From: Chiloscyllium plagiosum
Lineage: Eukaryota
DNA: 52,563 nucleotides
Assembly (NCBI RefSeq): GCF_004010195.1
Contig: NC_057718.1
Location: 14,140,492 to 14,193,054, forward strand
Direction: 5' to 3'
Shown: piece after piece, positions 47,201 to 52,563 of the stretch
How positions within the stretch are numbered: position 1 is the stretch's first letter
Layout: each line of letters opens with the position of its first letter
The notes under the pieces: model-generated
What the model was told of the DNA's origin: nothing
Databases searched by the model: none
The model's input: only the letters and a program-made list of their open reading frames with translations
Translations under genes and position numbers: made by a program

Positions 47201-48174
47201 TTACTGACACAATCTCAATCACAGTCCCTGATTAATATTGGCACATTCGTGGGGATTACTTACTAAAAGGGCACATTCCCAGGCATTCCACGAAGAGTGG
47301 ACGCTTTCCCAAGGGAACTCCTTCAGATAGTGATTCAATCCAAGAACTCCCCGAGTAATACTGACACAGTCCAAGGGATCCCCCACAGATTCTGTCACTG
47401 CCTCCTATACTAAAACCTCAAGTGGAAGTGCACGTCTGTGCCCAAGGATCCTGCTGCTGTCGCTGTATGGCTGGCTGTGTGCTGCTTGAAAACTATAGGT
47501 CAACGATTTTGCCTGATGGAATTATTCAACGGACAAGTGAGCTCATAAAGTGCCATGTTTACATGCTGATTTCTACAGATGTTTGACACAAGCAAGCTGT
47601 CCTGTGGAACACATTCGTGGAGCTGCATTCCACTAGAACACCCTGTGTTGTACTGATAAGCTTTCTCATGTGGGAACTCAGTCCAGTAAATCTAATCAGT
47701 CCAGGTGGCAAGATCTTATCACCTTGTCTAACCACAGGTTAGCTCAGATAGCAAGGTTGTAAAAGGTAAAGATAAATGTCAGGCAGTGGGGGCTGGCTTT
47801 TAATATATATTTAAAAAATTAAGAATGTGTAGGCAACAGATTCAGCAGGAGTCTGGTATTGGAATACACACACACACACACACACAGTTTTGTACGACCT
47901 GATACGTTGATGTTAAAGTTCTCATCCTTGCGTTTTCCATTTCCTCTCACTTCACTGTTACTTGCACCAGATCTGTACACCTGCCTGATCTCTGTACTCT
48001 TCCAGTTCTGGTTTCTTGTGCATCCCTGATTTTAATTATTCCACCATTACCACCCTGTCTTCAGCTATCTAGGCTCAAAGCCCTAGAATTGTTTTTTTCC
48101 CAGAACCACTCTCAGCCTCTCTCCCTCCACCGTTATCATCATCCTCCTCAACCACACTTTTGTCACATTTTAGT

Positions 48175-48299
48175 CTGATGGCAGGTTATGCCCAAAACAT
48201 CCATTCTCCTGCTTCTCAGATGCTGCCCGACCTGCTGTCCTTTTCTAGCACCACACTCTCGACTCTGATCTCCAGCATCTACAGTCCTTAATTTCTCCT
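48175..48299 (+). mobile_element. Degenerate Penelope-like terminal fragment (family A)
   Basis: CTGATGGCAGGTTATGCCCAAAACATCCATTCTCCTGC...CTCTGATCTCCAGCATCTACAGTCC. Confidence 0.8.
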
Positions 48300-48399
48300 A
48301 TGAAGCATTACAATGTTAGGAATGCAGTACAGATTGAGCTTGTTGTTTTAGGGCTTTTCAGATCTAAAACTGGTTTTGAGCTTCAGCCATCTTCAGTCA

Positions 48400-49180
48400 A
48401 CGGATCGAGCAAAGATTTAATGCAGGGTAGGTGGATGTGGGAAAGTAGCCAGAGGAAGATACATGGGAACATCACAGTCTGCATGATCCCCTCTAAACCA
48501 CACACCATCTAGACTCGGAAATATGTTCGCAATTCCTTCAATGTTGCTGGGCCAAAATCCTGGAATTCCCTCCCTAACAGTATTGTGGGTCTACCTACAG
48601 CACATAGACTGCAGTGGTTCAAGAAGGCAGCTCAACACCATCTTCATATTTCAGGAAGGATGTGGAAACATTGGAAAAGATGCAGAGGAGATTTACCAGG
48701 ATGTTGCCTGGTCTGGAGGGAAGGTCTTATGAGTAAATGCTGAGAGACTTGGGTCTGTTCTCATTGGCAAGAAGAAGGCTAAGAGGGGATTTGATAGAGA
48801 CATACAAGATGATCAGAGGATTAGACAGGGTAGACAGTGAAAGTCTTTTTCCTAGGATGATGACGTCAGTGTGTACGAGGGGGCATAAATACAAATTGAG
48901 GAGTGATAGATTTAAGACAGATGTCAGAGGCAGGTTCTTTATGCAGAGAGTGCTAAGGATATGGAATGCCGTACCTGCTAATGTAGTCAACTCAGCCACA
49001 TTAGGGACATTTAAAACAATCCTTAGATAAGCACATGGATGATTTTTGGATAGTGTAGGGGGACCAGCTGAGAATAGTTCAAAGGTTGGCGCAACATCGA
49101 GGGCTGTATCGTTCTGTGTTCTCAAGGGCAATAAATGCTGGCCCAGCCAGCGACCCCCATGTCCCATGAGTGAATAAAAA
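48400..49180 (+). mobile_element. Old non-LTR 3' end interrupted by a CR1 insertion
   Basis: GACTGCAGTGGTTCAAGAAGGCAGCTCAACACCATCTTC | CR1 | TCAAGGGCAATAAATGCTGGCCCAGCCAGCGAC...GAATAAAAA. Confidence 0.75.
48648..49123 (+). mobile_element. CR1 3' fragment
   Basis: ORF 48737-49030: LGLFSLARRRLRGDLIETYKMIRG...TRGHKYKL...RVLRIWNAVP. Confidence 0.92.
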
Positions 49181-49718
49181 GCCCAACCTTTTGGAGACCT
49201 TTTTTATGCCAGTGTCTATAAGGTATTGGAATCCCAGTGAGCTAGGCCAGTTCACCACTGAGGTTGTCTTCATTCTTAATGTCTCAAAGCATCAACTGAA
49301 GGACTACATTTATCAACTCTTTAGTGCAACAAATTGGCCAGAAACTTGGATTATTTCACCTTGTCGACCTGAGGTATTGGTGTATTTGACTAGAAGTATA
49401 GTGAAATGGATTGCTCTCTGTCTGTTGTTGATGTTTGTATGATTCTGAAAGGAAACTTGTGATCGTTGGTGCGGTTCAGGCAGATAGTGAATCTTGTCTA
49501 CAATAAGGATGATGTGCATTTATATAGCACCTTTAATGTTAGAAGCAGAATGATAGACAAAGTATCAATACAAAGTATGCCCCATGTCATAGTGCACTCT
49601 CTGGCCTGCATGCCAAGAATCCATTGGAAACTATCCAGGCCAGTGCGTACATACAGTAGGATGGTGAACCCCAGTGTGGATTCAGCTGAGGCTACCCATT
49701 AATTGTGTGTGTAGTGAC

Positions 49719-49945
49719 TGTAATGAGGTCAACCAGTTAGACCTCATGGAATATAAGTTCTCTGGTTGGGGCTGTTAAGCATGTCCAATCTGGGAGCTCT
49801 GGCTGACAGATATAAACAGGAGTGTCAGAGGTTCTGTTCACTCTGAGATCTGGCTCTGAGGAAGCTGGATCAATGCCAAAGAGCCGCCACAAATAAATAA
49901 AGAGGGACTTGGTGATGGGATTCCGGCTTCTGTGGAGTTATTTCA
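49719..49945 (+). mobile_element. Solo LTR (TG...CA), 227 bp
   Basis: Starts TGTAATGA and ends TTATTTCA (imperfect inverted termini); internal CCAAT, TATAAA (49811) and AATAAA in LTR order. Confidence 0.7.
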
Positions 49946-49992
49946 GTGTTCATCCACTCCTCTCAGCATTGACCCGGGTGTTTAAAAAAAAA

Positions 49993-50151
49993 ATAAACAG
50001 GAGTGTCAGAGGTTCTGTTCACTCTGAGAGCTGGCTCAGAGGAAGCTGGATCAATGCCAAAGAGCCACCATATAAATAAATAGGGACTTGGTGATGGGAT
50101 ACTGGCTTCTGTGGAGTTATTTCAGTGTTCATCCACTCCTCTCAGCATTGA
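49993..50151 (+). repeat. Tandem duplication of the LTR 3' half plus downstream flank
   Basis: Near-identical to 49812-49972. Confidence 0.9.
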
Positions 50152-50154
50152 GCC

Positions 50155-50267
50155 TGTGTGTGTGTGTGAGAGAGAGAGAGAATGTGTGTGTGTGTGTATG
50201 AGAGAGTGTGTGTGTGTGTATGAGAGAGTGTGTGAGAGAGTGAATGAGAGTGTGTGTGTGTGAGAGA
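50155..50267. repeat. Compound (TG)n/(GA)n microsatellite
   Basis: Read directly from the sequence. Confidence 0.95.
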
Positions 50268-51169
50268 ATACAGATACAATGGGTACTGGGATTAAGATGG
50301 ACTCTAATTTGCGATTAAATGGAAATCGGAACTGAAAGGTAATCAGGATACTTTGGTTTTGGATGAAAACCTTCCTGCTCTGGGTTTCTCTTGAACCAAA
50401 ACTGGATTGCTCCTCCTGCGGTCCTTTGTTAACCTGATTATACTGATGTCTTCCTGCCTCCTCTCACAGACTGCTCATCTCAGACAGAATACAGTACTCA
50501 CACTTTTGTCTGTCAGGCTGTTCAGCAGCCTCAGGGCAGAATCGGTATTTGCACTTATGACCACTGTATCCTCTAATGTGTTTACAAAGCTGTCCTTCTC
50601 TTGTCAGTTCTATTCTTCCAATGGTCATATTCATTAACCTTTCCTCTGTATCTGTTCCGTATCGTCTGATTGCTGATCCCGACAGGAGCACTGCAAGGCC
50701 TGATGATATTGATTGGATGTAGTATACATGCCAGAGTCTTATGGTGCTAGGAGTAATGTCCCTGCCGCTGGGCCAGAACCTCCGTGTTCAAGTCTCACCC
50801 CAGGACTCAGGGCCAGGTAGAAGGAAGGACGCGGATTGGTCTATATGTTAAAATGTACGCAGCTAATAAATACAGTTGCTTGGTCAGACAGAACTTGTAA
50901 TTAGCTGAAAAGCGATACACTGCTGAAGCTTTCCCTTGTGCACTCATCAGGATAAACACAAGAATGCCAAATTTTAGATAATTGTAACAGTTAATACCAT
51001 GGGAGAACAGGGTGCCAATTGAGTGCCAAATCAGTCAAGGTTGGTCAAAGTATTACCATGGAGCAACTGATAGGGACTAAAGGGCTCCCCAAGTTCCTGG
51101 GAAGTTCAGAAAAGGCCCCAAGTCTTGAGCATATTCCTTTGAGTTTGCAGAGCTCAGCACTGTCTATAA

Positions 51170-51392
51170 TTAGATTAAATTAGATTACTTACAGTGTGGA
51201 AACTGGCCCTTCGGCCCAACAAGTCCACACTGACCTGCCGAAGTGCAACCCACCCATACTCCTACATTTACCCCTTCGCCTAACACTACGGGCAATTTAG
51301 CGCGGCCAATTCACCTGACCTGCACATCTTTGGACTGTGGGAGGAAACCGGAGGAAACCCACACAGACACAGGGAGAATGTGCAAACTCCAC
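51170..51392 (-). mobile_element. 5'-truncated HE1/V-type SINE
   Basis: Closely similar to 20521-20750. Confidence 0.9.
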
Positions 51393-52059
51393 ATAATGTA
51401 TATCAATTTTAGCCAGTGTGAATGAGCCACAGTACAACCTTTACTCATTAATGCAGCTGCTAGTGCACTATGGATATTTTGCTCAGTACTGCCAAAGTGT
51501 GGGATTACACCGATCAGTAGACTGTTATATTTGACGTACACAAAGGTATATGGACATATATATACACACATATTTATTCTGTACATGATGAAGGCAATGG
51601 GGTCCTTTCCCACTGCCTGGAGAACTAGTAAGAGCTGTGCATTACCTCTTTTTATAAGGAGGTGAGCTGAATTAAGGCAATTAACTGGACAGTGGCAACA
51701 CTCCTGGGTTCAATGGGTCCTACTCATTGATGGATAAGAGGGTAGCATCTCTTCATGGCTAGACAGTGTTGCCAGGTAATGGCGGCACCTGCTGGTATTA
51801 TACAAGGATTGGCAACAGAGCCAGGAAGGTGAGTGATGGTGGGAGGGGGAATGACAGATTAAAGATTATGATGGTTGGACAGCAATGACAGAGGGTGGCT
51901 CTGAGAGCTTCACACCATGATGCTAGTTCTCTTGATCAAGCACGTGGTGCCTCTGAACAAGGGCGAACCCCTGCCAGAAACCCTGAGAGGGTTTGTTTTC
52001 TGGCCCTCCTCAGTGTTGAGACCTCTGAGTGACTATCAGAGAGGCAAGAAGCCTTTAAG

Positions 52060-52191
52060 TGGGCATTAATGGCCTGACCCTTGAGTAAGAGAATAAAGAG
52101 TTGTGGAGAAAAGATAAGAAAGTGAAGTTGAGGATGAATACATCAGCCATATTGGATAGCAGAGCTAACACAATGGGCTGAATGGCCTACT
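52060..52191 (+). mobile_element. Old CR1 tail fragment
   Basis: ATCAGCCATATTGGATAGCAGAGC...ATGGGCTGAATGGCCTACT. Confidence 0.7.
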
Positions 52192-52563
52192 TAGAACATA
52201 GAACAATACAGCACAGAACAGGCCCTTCGGCCCACGATGTTGTGCCGAACATTTGTCCTAGCTTAAGCACCCATCCATGTACCTATCCAATTGCCACTTA
52301 AAGTTTGCCAATGATTCTGACTCTGCCAGTCCCACAGGCAGTCCATTCAATGCCCCCACCACTCTCTGGGTAAAGAACCTACCCCTGACATCCCCCCTAT
52401 ACCTTCCACCCTTCACCTTAAATTTATGTCCCCTTGTAACACTCTGTTGTACCCGGGGAAAAAGTTTCTGATTGTCTACTCTATCTATTCCCCGATCATC
52501 TTTATACACCTCTATCAAGTCACCCCTCACCCTTCTCCGTTCCAATGAGAAAAGGCCGAGCAC
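52192..52563 (-). mobile_element. CR1 3' fragment (runs off the window end)
   Basis: ORF 52258-52563: LGLFSLERRRVRGDLIEVYK...TRGHKFKV...RGRFFTQRVV. Confidence 0.95.

Noticed and set aside
50469..50543. Candidate exon after CTTCCTGCCTCCTCTCACAG
   Set aside because: Weak donor site and no recognisable peptide in any frame; cannot be supported without RNA data.

Overview
Non-coding vertebrate DNA, most likely from a cartilaginous fish (shark). This is inferred from the repeat content: many CR1/HER1-type LINE fragments, HE1/V-type and Deu-domain SINEs, Penelope-like element (PLE) remnants, a Rex1/Babar RT fragment and a solo LTR. No host protein-coding exon could be recognised; every ORF in the track is either transposon-derived or a simple-repeat artefact. 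The window looks like a large intron or intergenic regulatory region. There is one assembly gap (37964-38806) inside a G-rich minisatellite. Most notable observations: (1) a set of short, often palindromic PLE-derived insertions, several carrying minimal hammerhead-ribozyme cores and seven bounded by 8-15 bp target-site duplications; (2) a diverged, triplicated non-coding module with RFX, POU and homeodomain motifs at about 42.8-43.4 kb; (3) an inverted pair of CR1 fragments about 10 kb apart that share an identical 78-bp non-CR1 leader; (4) a compact CRE/E-box/perfect ERE/DR1 cluster at 23.6 kb; (5) several candidate conserved enhancers. Repeat boundaries were read by eye and are approximate; family names come from recalled consensus features, not from database searches.
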